A stretch of DNA of 64,000 nt from positions 14,331,045-14,395,044 of the forward strand of contig NC_092680.1 in the NCBI RefSeq assembly GCF_964355755.1. Direction: 5' to 3'. Positions within the stretch are counted from its first letter, which is position 1. Each line of letters begins with the position of its first letter. Position numbers and translations under genes: made by a program. The notes beneath the pieces were generated by a model. It had not been told where the DNA came from. It was given only the letters and a program-made list of their open reading frames with translations, and made no database searches. This document shows, one piece after another, positions 12,401 to 27,400 of the stretch. This DNA is from Antedon mediterranea (lineage: Eukaryota > Animalia > Echinodermata).

Positions 12401-15400
12401 TATGTATTATTTTTGTTTGTTTTTAGGCTTAACTATAATATATATATATATAATCAGTGTACCATGTCCCACATACCTGGCTCAGCCTATATATTGTGCC
12501 AGTTCTGCGGTACATTTCATTTCGAAACCTGAGCTGCACTGACGAGATCTAATAAGATCGAAACAGTACTGTCTGCAGATTGGGTATATATATATATATA
12601 TATATTTTCTTTAATAAGCAGTTGTATAGATAATATGTTGTATAGATACAATACAGTACATCATCTTAGCCTGACAGAACTCTGACTGGGCCTATGTGGT
12701 TGAGACTTGGTTACTACTAGGCCTAGCTGAATGTTAAGATTCTATTCCACCTTTTGTTAGTCAGCATAAGCCTGGTTCACAGTTGTGTTGCGATATAAGC
12801 AGTGTTTACAAGAAACGAAATATAAAATTCATAACAATTATATTAATTTAAATAGCTTTAGTCTTTCCCTTTTCCTCTTTCTAATGAGAATCAAGCTCCT
12901 TTGTGAACATCAACATGTTTTATGATTCACTGCTGCTTGGGGCAGACCAAAACTAGGCAATGGTTAATAATGCCAATTTACCTTAAAGCTCAGGTACAGG
13001 CATGAATTTTAAATATAATATTTGGTTAATTGTACATAAATCAAATATTTGTAACAGAAATCAAGACGAAAAAACATGAATTTCTCTTAAAATGGTCAAA
13101 TACAAAATTTGAAGAAGACTTTTTTTCAGTAATTAGGTAGTTAACCTAATGTAATAACATGTCTGGTGACTCCCTAGATGGTAAAAAAAGATGGTGGATA
13201 TACGGTGGATAATTTTTGCTATAGCATGAAAATAAAAATCTGAAGTTGAATAAAAATATCAAAAATGTAATATTCAAGTTATATTACCTATATTTAGTCA
13301 TCTGATAACATTTTTTACCACACCGTTTATTTTTCATAGCTTTTTAAAATGCCTCTCTATTTACAAAATTTGTGTACAAAAGAATAGAGATTTTACTGTG
13401 TAATTTGAACTATCCCCCCACTGATAAGAAAGTGCTTATTTTCAACAAGCTCGTGTAACACAAATAAAATCCCCAAAATTATGAAACATAGGGGAAACTA
13501 TAGATTGATAATTATTGGAATGTATGATCAATAGAAATGTTTTGCCCGCACCTGGCCTTTAAGGGAAATTATTGATAAATTCACGAAAATTAAGTGATTG
13601 ACTTGAAATATGTTTTATTCTGTGTAGATGTTTAATGGGTAATTGCTATAGTATATGGTTCACACATCTGCCATCTTACGTTAAATCCAGTCACTCAAAG
13701 ACCAGAGCACTTCGAACTGCTTTTACTGTATTAAAGAAAATGCAGACATACAATCTAACTCTTGCTGATGAAGTGTGCTACAGGGTTATAATGCAGCTAT
13801 GTGGACAGTACTGTCAACCTGTTCTTGCTGTACAGGTCTTTATGGAGATGAAGAAAAATGGAATCACTTTGAATGCATCTACGTATGGCTACTATAATAA
13901 GGTTTGTATGACATTTTCTAAATTTCTTTTTTTCTAAATGATAAAAACAATGTTATGTAAATGACAGTGGCATGGCTGCATGAATGACAGTTTTTATTCT
14001 GGTTTTTTTCTGTGGAAGTGAATAACTTAATTAAAACTACAAATGGTTCTACTCAAGTTGTTATTAGTTTAATGTTTTGGGAGACAATATTATATCTTTT
14101 AAGATCATGTTTCTAAAACTTTAACCATTTACCTGTATATCCCATAGTAAGCTACTGAATCTATTTAAAAAATATGATAAACTGGGACAAAATTGTAGGC
14201 AAAGGTTTTCGGTTTTAAATGAATGTATGTTGTCTTGACCACATAAAACAAGTAAAACCTCCGTCATCCACCGCCATCATATACAAATTAGCTATATAAC
14301 CCATATTTTCAGGAAACTTGTATCCAAGTCATTTGAGTCCAAAACAAAGTCTCTACAGACATTTTAGTTGCATTATGTATGCAAACATTGATAAATAGGG
14401 TCGAGGGTCAATTGTTGTATTTCCGGTCATTTTTTCGTAAAATGTTTTATCAGAGCAAATATAAATATGTACATTCTGAACAAGTTCTTGGAAAAATAAC
14501 TCTCTAGCCTTAGCGGTTTTCGATATATAGGAACCTGTAATTTCACCCCCTAATTTGCATATTTCATGTAACTTGTACTAATAATTTGCATACTTGGAAG
14601 GTGAGTGATACAGGTGTGATTTTGAGATTTACTAAACAGTCCTATGTTGGCTATTAGAAACCTGTATCTAAGTCATTTGAGGGCAAAACAAAATCTCTAC
14701 AGACATTTTAGTTTCATATGCAATATTGAGAAATGGGGTCGAGAGTCAAATGTCATACTTCCGGTCAATTTTTTGTAAAATGTTTCATTGGAGCAAATAG
14801 AAATATGTACATTTTGAATACGGCTGTGAAAAAATCAACTCTCTAGCATTAGTGGTTTTCGAGATATAGGACAACTGTAATTTTTCCTCCTTATTTGCAT
14901 ATTTTATTTAATTTTTACTACTTATTGTATACTTTCGAGGTGTGTGACACAGGTGTGATTATGGGAATTACAAAGTGGTCCTATGCTCGCTATTAGGAAC
15001 CTATGTCTGGGTCATTTGAGGGCAAAATAAAGTCTCTACAGACATTTTAGTCACATTGTGTATGCAAACATTGAGAAATGGGGTCGAAGCTCAAATGTTG
15101 TACTTTCGGTCATCTTTTTGTTTCATTAGAGTAAATATAAATATATACATTTTGAATAAATTAGTGAAAAAATAAACTCTTGGACTAGTAGTTTTTGCGA
15201 TATTTAATTTGCATATCATCGGGATGCTCAAATTTTGATCTCCTCATCATATATAACCATTTAAAAAAGAAAAATCTCTGTTTGCAATTTGTTTCAATTT
15301 GGGCTGTTTTGTTTGATAGATTGCCTAGCCTATCGGGACAACATATACATTTACTTAAAACTGGAAAACCGTTGCCTACAATTTTGTCCCTCTCAAATGC

Positions 15401-18400
15401 TAGATTCAGTAGCCTAATCGTTACTGTGCACATTTTAGTAAATTAAATTACTTTTGGGCGTGGGATAATCATTATTTATATTTGAATACAATTATAGTGT
15501 TGATGATACTCTGTGGCCACTTCTGCTATAGGATATAGGACAAATAATATTATTCATGACTAATGGTTATTTGTACTTTTTGCAGGCGGTTTTAGAAAGT
15601 CCATGGCCAGCGTCATCATTCACTGCTTACCAACAATGGATAAAGCTACGTAATGTTATAATGGCAGTAGGACGATTTCGACAAGGTCTCAAAAGGCCTA
15701 ACTGGGATACGGTAAGCGAAACAGACACGCGTAGTGGCAGTAGCGTCGATGTTGATATTGCTGTTGGGGAATCTAAACCAGAGATTCAACTAATTGATAT
15801 TGATGGAAAATTAACACGAGAGGAAAAATGTGGTACAGGTAAGGGTAATTTTAAAGGACAATTTAATAATTTCTTTGCACTGCATTGTACTATATGACAT
15901 TTACCATAATAGCATGCTGTCGGCAAACTATTACTTAATTTCTTGGGGCTTGCACCTGCTTCCATAATGATCATAATTCACATTTATTCGAATAAATACA
16001 GTATGTAAAACCAAACATTGTCAGATGGAAGCTTGAAGTGTGTGTGTGTGTTGTTTACTCTCTAGGAAATTCAGATATGGGATACGCATCAATGATCGAA
16101 AGCCTAGGTAGTACCGATCTGCTTGGCTCTCCTGATGCAACCATGGCCCCATTGCAGATGAGTTCACCAGCTAGTCCATCCCGAAGTCCTCAATGCTTAA
16201 TGGACAGGAGTTCTAACGAAGATGACGCTACAATAACGCTCAGTGAGTGCTATGTATATATAGATGTTGGTTTCATAGTCTTGTTTATTTATGGTGATTT
16301 TGTGGTGTATGTGTGCAGTCATGGAATTCTTTGTTTACAATAGGGAGGTTTCGCAATCTTACGAATACGATAACGAAAATGGATACGTCACACACACGTA
16401 TTCGTTTTTCGTAAGTCTGTCAAAATCCATGGCAACGAAATATTGAGGGCGCCGTCCAAAATATGACTGCGGTAAATTTGAGCGAAGCGCAGGTACGTGT
16501 TGCTTGGTGCTTGGCTGCCAAGGCCTAGCGTAACATCAAAGCGAGTGAGAACTTTAAAAACTGCTATTTATCAAAATTGACCTGACATTTTAGTAAATTA
16601 CTTTAGTAAATTACTTTAAATAAAAGTATAATTATATTATAATCAGGAATCATTCCTGATTCAAATGCAAAATGTGCAAAATAGATCAAAACCTATACTC
16701 GTTTTGTAGTTACGAGTATGACTGGTGATATTTGTCAACACGAATACGCTTTACGAATATGAAATGGGGATCAGCTCAAAAGTTTCACAAATGTGTGACG
16801 TATCCGTTTTCGTTATGGTATTCGTAAGGTTGCGAAACCTCCCTATTATCATGCAAACTATACTATTACAATGTATTTTCATGTATATTGTCTAAAAAGT
16901 GTTTCATCAATCAGTTATACTGTAGATAAATTCAATAAACAAATGATTTTCGGTTGCCTAGGGAATCATTACTGTTTGCCTAGCAATGTCTTAAAGTGAT
17001 AATGTAGACAAAAGATTCCATCTAGGATCGGTTGCTTTGTAGTTCAATTGTAAATATGTATTTTGATTTTTATGATAAACAAACTATACCTCACATTATA
17101 TAACATAAGGTATTAAATACTCACAATAATTTAATGAATTTTGTAGTTTTTTAGCCACCTGTTTGAAAAATTATGCAAATTGCACCTCTTAATATACTGT
17201 ATGCATGACACTGTTTTAAGTATTTCAAAAAGACTTGTGACACACTTAATTTGTTATATTAAATTATAGTTATGCTGACTATTAATTAATATAACTATTT
17301 TGATATTATACAATAATAAACTAATAAAAGAATTCACTACTTTCCTAATAAACTATTTTATAAAATAGAAAATACATTATATTAACATGAATAATACTCT
17401 TTTAATATAGTTAATTGTGTTATACTTAAATTGTATTATAAACTATATCTACATAATGACAAAGCGTTATATAATTTCAATATACAAAATCCAATTGCAT
17501 TTTCTTAAATTTACTTCTCTTCTCTAAAGTGCTTTACTCTACGCAATATTAAGTTTGCATGTGCATTTAGAGGCTTTTTGATTTAACACGCTTTCACTCC
17601 CTGTTAGATAAACATTCTGTGAAAAGTGTTAAGCCATCTAAGGTGGAAGGAATACTGGGTGATATCCCTGGTGTTGGACATTCAATAGTTCGTAATGTCA
17701 AGCCCAGCCATACTAGTATGAGCAGTGTGGCTACCTTAACTGGAAGTAGTACAAGTAAGTTGGATAGTTTTTTTCCGGCCAAAATTCATTTCAATTCCAT
17801 TTCATGTTATATATTATACTAAAAATTGATTTCTTCATTTCATTATGTATATTATATACACATAACGTCTTTCTGTCCATTCAACTTTTCCTTGAAGACG
17901 ACGCTGGAATTTTGACCGATAACTGTTTTATTCTGATGTACTCATTATAAAAACAGGCCCTTGTTATTAGATTTTGTGTTTCTTTGTGTTTATACACTGT
18001 AGTACTATAGAAAAACTACCAATATTTCTAACTTAGATTTGGAAATCGGTTATGTTTTTGTTATTTTTCTGCCTTTTTAAAATAATTCAATTGCCTAATT
18101 CAAGATAATCTAGAAAGAATATTCTTTATTATGTAATAATTTGTATTAAAATTAAATTATAAATACAACATTTAATAAGAGAACGCTTTGTACAGACAGA
18201 CACAAGGATTATGACATCACTCTGCCACTCATTGCTGTGTGTAAAACTGTCATTAGTCGCTATTCAACTTGGTTATCACACTGTTGCTTTATAGTTTGCA
18301 CCATATTTTATAATGGTTACTACACTTACACAAAAGCGTAATCCTTCTCTGTCATCTTAGAGGCAGAATGACTACAGCACTATATTTGTTTATAGCTTTT

Positions 18401-21400
18401 GCTGTACATGCTTTAACTGTGCTAGTGCTTATTCTTGTATGCCTATTTTAGTCTCTTTATTACTTTCAACTTTTACTTTTTATCTTATTATTTTCATTCC
18501 TTTGATTTTTTACAACCTTAATTATTATTTTTCCATGCATGCTATTTATAACTTATGTTCTAAATGTGTAACCTTATAAAAATAATTATTATGAATACCA
18601 TATTTTATTTAAAAAAATGAATTTTCCAAACTCCACCAAAATTTAACTACACAATATTTTGGAAAATGTTTATCATTCATTGCTGTAGTGAATGAGTGCA
18701 TACACATGTCAGGTTCCAATTTTGACCAATCATTGGTCATCATATGAGTGCCCAATACAAATAAAATATGGTTTGTTATTATTGTATAAGGTTACTAAAG
18801 TGAATATAAGACATCCTTTTATCACTTAAATGCAACAGGCATTTAATTTTTTTAAATATTTTTTATTACCCTATTTAATTTTCTTTTAATTTAATTTTTA
18901 CCATCCTCTTATGGTTTTCTGTTGATTTTTTAATTTTTTTTTAAATATTTTTTATTACCCTATTTAATTTTCTTTTGATTTAATTTTTACCATCCTTTTA
19001 TTGTTTTCTGTTGATTTTTCATTCCCTTCTCACAGGCAGTTCAGCAGGGCTCTTAATTACTGGTCATGATTCTGTAGACACTACCTTAGATGATAGTGTA
19101 TTTGAAAGTCAAGAAGCAGTCAAATGCAGTGCTAGTCGCAAACGCCATTTAAGTACGGGCGATTCAAGCCATCTAAGTCCAAGTCAGTGCAATTATAGAA
19201 GTCGTAGCACAAGTGGTGATAGTAATGCAACCATCGCGTCCTATCTTACCAGTCAGCATAGCCTGGACGGTGAATCTAATCTCATCAGGAGCAACCTGTT
19301 TGGTAGTGATGCAAAAATTCTTGAAGGCTTTGCAAATTCAAATCCAAAATTAAGGCTCTCACCACTTTTAGGAAACTCTTTAAATGAAGAAGAAAATGGA
19401 GAAGCCTCGGAGGGTGCCTTTCCTATTCCACGTTGTCAGTCCGACGGGAAGAAACCAGAACACTGGAATGGACTTCAGTTTGACACTAAAGGAACACCTG
19501 AACAACGAATTCAAATGGAAAACTTGATACATGGAATTGAAGAACTAAATCAAAATTTAGACACTAAAAAGAAAGATTTAGAATCTGTAGAAAGTATTGA
19601 CAATAAAGGTGCCTTTATTTCTATAATGGATGATGAGATACCTACAACTAATCTAATTGATACATCAATAGAATATGATAATCAATTAATTGATGTCAAT
19701 TCTGAAAGAACTGTTAGTTCTACTGTTACAGATAACGCAGATTTATTAGTTGATTTATCTGTATTAGACGATATTTCAAATACAACAGTTAAAACATTTG
19801 AAGTAAATCTTTTAGATGAAAATAATGAGTCCGAATCAACAGAACTGGACTCTGATGTTGAAACTGTGAAAGTAGGTAAAAATGAGGTTGTTGTGCCTAA
19901 TGGACACATTGAAAGTGTGGAGAGAACCCAACACAAAAGTATATTTCAAGGAAGTTCATCTTTAATGTCTTTGAATGAAGAACAAGACGCAGATTCTCAA
20001 AGCACGGACTCATATTCTGGTTCAAAAGAAAACTTAGCATTAGCTAAGAAAACACCTCGTCGAACTAATAGTTTCTTCTCACGAGTTAGTAATTTTAGTC
20101 CTAGAGTATCAAAAATGAATTTGACAAAGACCCTAAGTAATGCCTCTGAACAATTTGAAACATTACATGGATCTGCTAAGAAGGCAGCCAAAGCTGCACG
20201 TGCTGCTGCTACGCGTTATGGTACTAAATTTGTAGAATATGGTCGTCAGTTTTCTATTCCATCTATCGACCAGCAAGGATCTCTGGACTCAAATGGCCAT
20301 TCTCATTCTGATACGCATTTAAACCGGCCCCAGTCTTGGAATGAATTTCAATTTGATGGGATTGCTGATGATATTGGAACACCGTTAACAGGTTTGTCAA
20401 ATTTCCTTTGTATTTATCAGCTTAAGCTGCTGATTCTTACCACAACTCAAGGCTGTTATCTTTTAGCCATGTAAGAGAACAATGCAACAATTCATAGACT
20501 CCTTCAAAAAGCAAACCTTTTTAAAAATTGGAAAACCAGAATATTCTTAATGTACAAAAAGAGTCCCAGTTTCCCTTCTCTTCCATAATGTCTTCTGTAA
20601 ACCAGACTATCCAAATTCCAAATGCTTTTGAGATTACTAGTTTTTGTTTACTGTATTATAGCATTTAAATATTTTTTTTTTACAATTTATAGAAAAAAAT
20701 TTCAATTATTAAAAGCAAATTAATATAACTGCAGTATTATAAAATATTTCATATTTAAAAGTTACAATTTTCTTGCCATTAGCTTTTAAAAAATCATAAA
20801 ATTGAATATTTTCAGCAATTGCCACAATTCATTGTTTTAATTTAACCAGTTCATTGTTGATTATCTATTTTATTTAGTTATTTTCATAATCATTCCTGTA
20901 CTAATATGGGCATATATGATACTCTACATATAAATTACATGTTCATTTTCATACACATTATGTGATAATTTGTCAGTTTTGTTTATAGTTTTTATACTTT
21001 TAAATCACTAAGAAATAATTTAATATATGTTTATACTTGTTAACATTTTTTCAGAATTTAGACAAAACAATTTTTTTAAACAAAAATATTTAAAATATGA
21101 AAAGTTGATTCTCTTAACTCTTCATCTCAAATGCTTTACAGTTTAAGGAAGCTGACATTTCAGCGGAGTTTTTTCCCAATAGCACTGGATTCGTTATCAG
21201 TATTATTTAGGTGTTGCTTTCCTGGACCACATTTTATAGATGGATAGTTTGTGCTTAGCCAAACTTAGTTTTTAACTTGGTAAAGCAACAATCAAAGATA
21301 AGTTAACTATAGGCCGTAGTGATTTGTATTGGACATTGTACACCAAGTTAGTACTAGAGCCATGGTAATTACATATATTAGATATCTTCACACTGAATTT

Positions 21401-24400
21401 AATACAATAAGATATTAAAACAATGGATGAATTGCATTTTGATAGACAATGTATGCTTTAATATTGCTTGTTTATGTTTGCCATGTTGTTTGAGTAATTG
21501 TATATGTATGGCAATGCATAATTAAAACTTATCCACCTTTATAACTATACTTGTCATGGTTTAGTATAAAATTATTAGATTGTTGATAAATATATATTAT
21601 TTTTTTATTCAATTTTAAACACTTAAAAAAAAAATCCTAAACTAAATATGTTGCAATTAATATAGTCTATAAATTCAATATTCTATTCTAGGCTCCATGG
21701 GGGAACAGTTTTGTCCTGTACTGAAGTGGTTACCTAGTATAAAGAGAAAGTAGATAAATTAATTGTAAAATGGTTTCATTCAATCTTTATTATTTCATTT
21801 GTATTTGCTATGATCCCAAATTTTAATTGCTATAATTCGATGAATATAATCGCTCTCCTACGTAACTTGATAGTAGATTTTAGCATGGAGTTAGATACCA
21901 GTCCTCCGTTATTTTAATCCTTCCCACCAAATATTTTGTTCAAGTTTCAAAATATATTTTACTATATACAGGATATTCCTCAATTAAGATTTTACTAACT
22001 TGAAAACATATCTTACAAATATTAACAAATGTGCCCAAACATTGGCATATTTCTTAATTAAAATTATTAATAAATTTATTCTTTTGCATAATTTATTAGG
22101 TACTGTATATTAAAGATGTATTGGCCCCTGAAAAAATAATTCTTAAACATTTTTGTTGTTGAATATGCCATTTTAATGTCAACTATTAAGTGTTATCTAC
22201 TTTTTGACCAAAAATTGGATCCAAAAGAAAATGTATTTACATACAAAAATGTTATTATTTAATATGGGGTTTTGGTTGAATTTTACCATTTGTCATTTTA
22301 TAAGTGAAAACATTAATATTTTTTTTTTGTTTTTTTTTCTATGGAAGTGATACTTTGTTAGAGAAAAATTGTTTCTTAGGATAGCTTAACTGAAATCTAA
22401 AATAATATTTTAATTTTGTTGCATTGTGTTATAAAAAGTCAATTTTTTCAAAAGATTTAATGGTGTAAGATATGGTTTATCCACAGGGAGCATGCAGTCT
22501 CTGAATCTGTCACATGATATGGACGACTTTGGTTCTCGTCGTAATTTTGCAATGGACATACGGATAACAAGTTGTAATCGGTGTCATCAATGTAATGCAA
22601 TGTTGTATGATGAGGTCATCATGGCGGGTTGGTCTGCAGATGAATCTAATCTAGGCACTAAGTAAGATTTTAGCATACTGTATAATATAGAGTGTACACA
22701 AAACATCTAGTGCATTTTTCGAAACAAGTAGGTGTTTACCCCTCTTGGCATGGTGCACAGTGAATCACCATTCATGTAATAAGCAAACATATCGTCAGTG
22801 TGAACTCATGTATGTATGTCTAAATTGCAGGTCTTCGGTTAAACTCAATCTTTGTGTACAACTTTAGTGGGATTCTAGAATATTTATGTAAACCATAGGC
22901 TTCCTATCCTCTAGTCGTTGAAGGTTCCAACAAAAGTGACGAAATTGTTTCCTTTTATTGAAAATTCAATGGTTTCTTTAATACATACTCCTCTAGTCCA
23001 AGCAAGAAGTTAATGTGAATCAGTATTATATATCTGGGCAGGAATCAGTATTTTAAAGCAACTAGAGGTTATGCTCATTGTAATATTGTTATCCATCTTT
23101 TTTTTTCAGATGTTTTTTCTGCTCATCTTCAAATATTGTTCCCTTTTTGTTTATAAACATTGAGGACTTGCGTGGGAGGGATTTGAAACGCGAAAATTCC
23201 ATTGACAGCATGCACAGTTTACATGATAACATAAAACCTTTGGAAACACAGAACAAAAAAACGCAGTCGGTTCCTAGCATTGATGATATGCTTCTGGATA
23301 AATTTGATGAGGAACCGAACAAGAATGATTCGGATAATGACAAACTTATCAGTTTAGATGATGACAATTTGGACACTTCTCGTAGTGATAGCACCCTCCC
23401 AAGTGAGGTTAAGCCGTTGAATTTAAGGCAACGATCAACAAGCGAATGTAAACATACAGACCTTGCTGATATGGGTCAGAGTTCAAGTAGCCTGAAACCT
23501 TTTGATATCAGCAAGAAGCTTATTAATAAGAGCAGGTTTGTATACATTGTATTCTTATTTTTGTTTTAAATTTATAAAATCTTGCAATTATATTCTTGTA
23601 TATGACTGTGTATAGAGAAGATAAATAAGTCTAGCACAAAAAGTTTTATTTTAACCTTTGCTTAATGCAGTATATGATTTTTTTCAGTACATTACCAGCT
23701 CGGACGAAAAGCCTTACAGTGCAAGACGAATATTTCCAAGCATCCAGCCTAACTTCAAGTCATTACGGATCTAAGGAGTACATTCCACCACCAGTTAATA
23801 AGAAAAAGATTGAACCTATTAGTGTTCCATACCTTAGCCCTCTAGTCTTAAGGAAAGAGATCGAGAATGCCATAGAACATGAAGGAGAGTCTTGTTTGAG
23901 GTCTCCACAGTTTGTGGAAATGCATCCAATCATCTTCTGGAATCTGGTAAGTATAAAATAAGAGTTTTAAGAATGAAATGATTTACCACACAGGAACATT
24001 TGATTGTTAACTAGGTGCCATATATGGAAAATGCTTGAGTGCTAAGTGTTGTTCTAAATCATCTTACTTACAATACCATATATAGAATAGACCTGACAGG
24101 TGGATAACCATCACAACACAGTGCAGGGAGATGGCAATGCTGGTTGTTGACTTTTATCCGAAAGGGCTTATTGGTTCAATTTTTAGTTTCATGATTTAAA
24201 CATTGGTACTACTAATATGTGTTAAGCTCTGTCTACACTATCAAAAATAGGATGTGCCCATATACTATGACACAATGAATCACTACCATATTTGGGTGTA
24301 TCACAAACAAACTAGTTTGATAATGTAGACAGAGCTTTAGGAAGCGTGAAATAATTCTTGTAATTGATAATGCAACTGCCTGTATTTTTCTCCCCTAGAT

Positions 24401-27400
24401 TTGGTATTTCCGTCGGCTTGAAATTCCAACTAACCTTCCTGGCTTAATTTTAGCTGCTTATAGTGAAGGCAGAGAGACAGTGGAAGTAAGTAGTTAGCCA
24501 TGTACTTACTACAAAACCATGCAAATGTATTTTAGTAGATAGTGTGTATTCATACATTGTACTCGTTTTTTTTAGGCTTGTAATCAGTACCTTCATAATG
24601 ATAGTCGTCATATAAAGTTAAACCTACTTTGGGATAATGTGGAACTGTACAATGAGATTGGAGTGCCAATGTACATACTATGGAACAATAGAGATTCATC
24701 TCTAATGAAGGCACTAATTACAGAAAGACAGTCATTCTCAAAAGGGTAAGAATAATATTAGTGGTGATGGTTGTGATGAAGATATGTGTAGCGGTGGTGA
24801 TGTAGTAGTAGCAATGGATGTGTATGATGTTTAGTAGCAGTGGCAGTGTTTATGGTATTTCTATAGTGATATTTGTAGCAGTGTTGATGGTGATATTTGT
24901 AGCAGTGTTGATGGTGATATTTGTAGCAGTGTTGATGGTGATATTTGTAGCAGTGTTGATGGTGATATTTGTAGCAGTGTTGATGGTGATATTTGTAGCA
25001 GTGTTGATGGTGATATTTGTAGCAGTGTTGATGGTGGTATTTGTAGCAGTGTTGATCATGGTATTTGTAGCAGTGATGATGGTATTTGTAGCAGTGATGG
25101 TGGTATTTGTAGCAGTGTTGGTGGTATTGGTAGCAGTGATGGTGTTGATAGTAAAGGTGGTATTTTCTAAAGTGGCTGTGTTGATTGCAGTGATGGTGGC
25201 AGTCATATTGGAGTGATGTTGGTTAAAAAAAAGGTGGTGCTGGTGGTTTTGGTAGCACAGTGGTGGTATTGCTAATAGTGCAATGATGGTGGTTTTAGCA
25301 CATAGTGTTGTTATTAGTGATGATGTTACTAACAACACGTGATATTGTGTCATAGGAGCATGGCTCTTAATAGCAGTTGGCTAAATAATATATAATTATA
25401 TAGATATAATTTATTGTTTTGTTGTATTTCAGATTTATGCTTGAAGTAGTAAAATGCATCAAACTGAATGATGTTCAGAGACCGATTGAAATGATGCTTG
25501 AGGAGTTCAAGAAGCAACAAATATCAAAAGAGAAAAGAAGAAGTATCTATCGCGAGGTGTTGTTTCTTGCTTTTGTAGCACTCAAAAGAGAAAATATTGA
25601 TCATGGTATGGTATCTTCAGTTAATTATAATATATGCTTCAGTGTTCAGATTTTTATTCTGACGATGTTTGCTCTTTTCTTTTAGTAATAAGGAGATTCA
25701 TTGGAAATAGCTAAATTTTCAGAAGTCAAAAGATTATAGTTTATAACTTTACGCAAGGACTTATTATATTCAGTATAGTTTTGTGCATCTATCTATGAAA
25801 GAGGAATAATAGCATTTTATGGATAATGCAAAAGTATCATTAGGTCAAACATTATTGTAATATAATGCACTGTTCAAAAAGAATGTTTTGTGTCAAGCAC
25901 TTCAAAACAAATTAAAAACACATATAAATATTTACATAACATTTGTATTTATTTCAACAACCTCTAAAAGGAGAAGAATAATATACAATACACACATTTA
26001 AAATACAAGGAATAAAATGTTATAAAGTTCACTTCCCTTTACAGCTGCGTCCCTTAACAGCCGCACTTTCAAAAGCCAGTTTATTCTTCCTGTCTAATTA
26101 GTGCATTTAGTACCTCCCGTATGCAGCCATCTCCTGTAAGCTTTTTGTGTGGTAAATTATCTCTCGTAAGCGGCCACCCGAAAATTTGCATTGACTTTTG
26201 ACAACATAAATAAAATTGTTATACCTAATGTGCTTTATTATTAGCTTTACTGTATGTCGAAGCTTGTATCCAAAATCTTTTTGTTTGATTTATTAGGCGT
26301 TTGATTGAATTATTTAATTATTTTTAATCATTTTTGCATGTATATCCATTACTTGAAAGTTTTGCACGACGTAACCATAGAACTGATGTTTTTGTGTCCC
26401 CACAAAATGAGTATTTACATGGTATTTCTAGGCCATATCCAGATCCTGTTCACTTGTTGTTGTTACTGTCATATTACCTGTATTTATCCTACTCTTTAAA
26501 AACCTGCTAACATAGGGTGATATTTGTAACCAATAATGTTATCATGTTCATTCGAATTGAGTTATTGGTGTTCAGCTGATCATCACTTTCTGATTTACCC
26601 TGCGATCGCAACATCATTGTTATGTTTATGTTATTCGGTTCTCGCTTTAAATCTCTTTTTTGTCTATTTAAAAAATGAGATAATATGCGATCCAGATTCT
26701 CATTCCCATATTATCTCATTTTTGTAGAAAAAGGTTACTTGAGTGTATACTGTGTACCATCTTTATTTTTTGACCAACCATTTTCATTCATAAAAGCTTT
26801 TAAAAGTTGTCTGAAAATCATAAATACTATTAAACCACCTGATCTTAAACAATAAAGTACAATTAGCTGGAGAATTTAAAGGCCTGTTGCGTTAAGAACT
26901 CCAAAAAATATTGTGCAACTGTATGGTTATTTATTGGCTCCAATGGATAGTGTATATTGTATTCTCTGTACCAGATGTGTATTGTACAGCATAAAGGTCC
27001 AAGATATTGTACACTTTGTGAATCTTATATAACAGAGAAAAAACAACATTGGATGTTTAGGGTCTTTCCAAAATTCAACTTCGACTGCTGATCTTATTCC
27101 TCCGACCAGACTTGGCTGTCATGGTAGGAATTTAAGGAAAAAATTAATTATCCAACTAGTTTATACTAAAACAACTAGATTTGCTGATAGTCCAATACCA
27201 TTCTACATCAAATTATTAAATTCATAATTATCTTCCTTGCTGACTTACGACTGCTCTTGCATGATGTTTTTTATGCCTGTCTAAAATTGTTAATGCTGTG
27301 TAGATTTGTATACATACATTTTTGCATGTTATTTACAGTCAATTGGTCGAATATGATAACTAATAATAACTTGTTTTTGTTAAATTAGATGCATTTGACG

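Noticed and set aside
17890-17930. Second hammerhead-like motif (TTGAAGACGAC...CGATAAC); similar weak hint at about 2995-3050
   Set aside because: Core nucleotides deviate and stems I-III cannot be paired
19011-20474. Stand-alone 487-aa gene
   Set aside because: Bounded by splice sites in phase with neighbouring DENND4 exons, so it is an internal exon
21142-21210. Possible extra DENND4 exon after tttacag
   Set aside because: In the required phase 1 it reads GTT TAA, an immediate stop
24818-25353. Hydrophobic and Thr/Asn-rich mucin-like ORFs
   Set aside because: Derived from an intronic 24/21-bp minisatellite between two phase-compatible DENND4 exons
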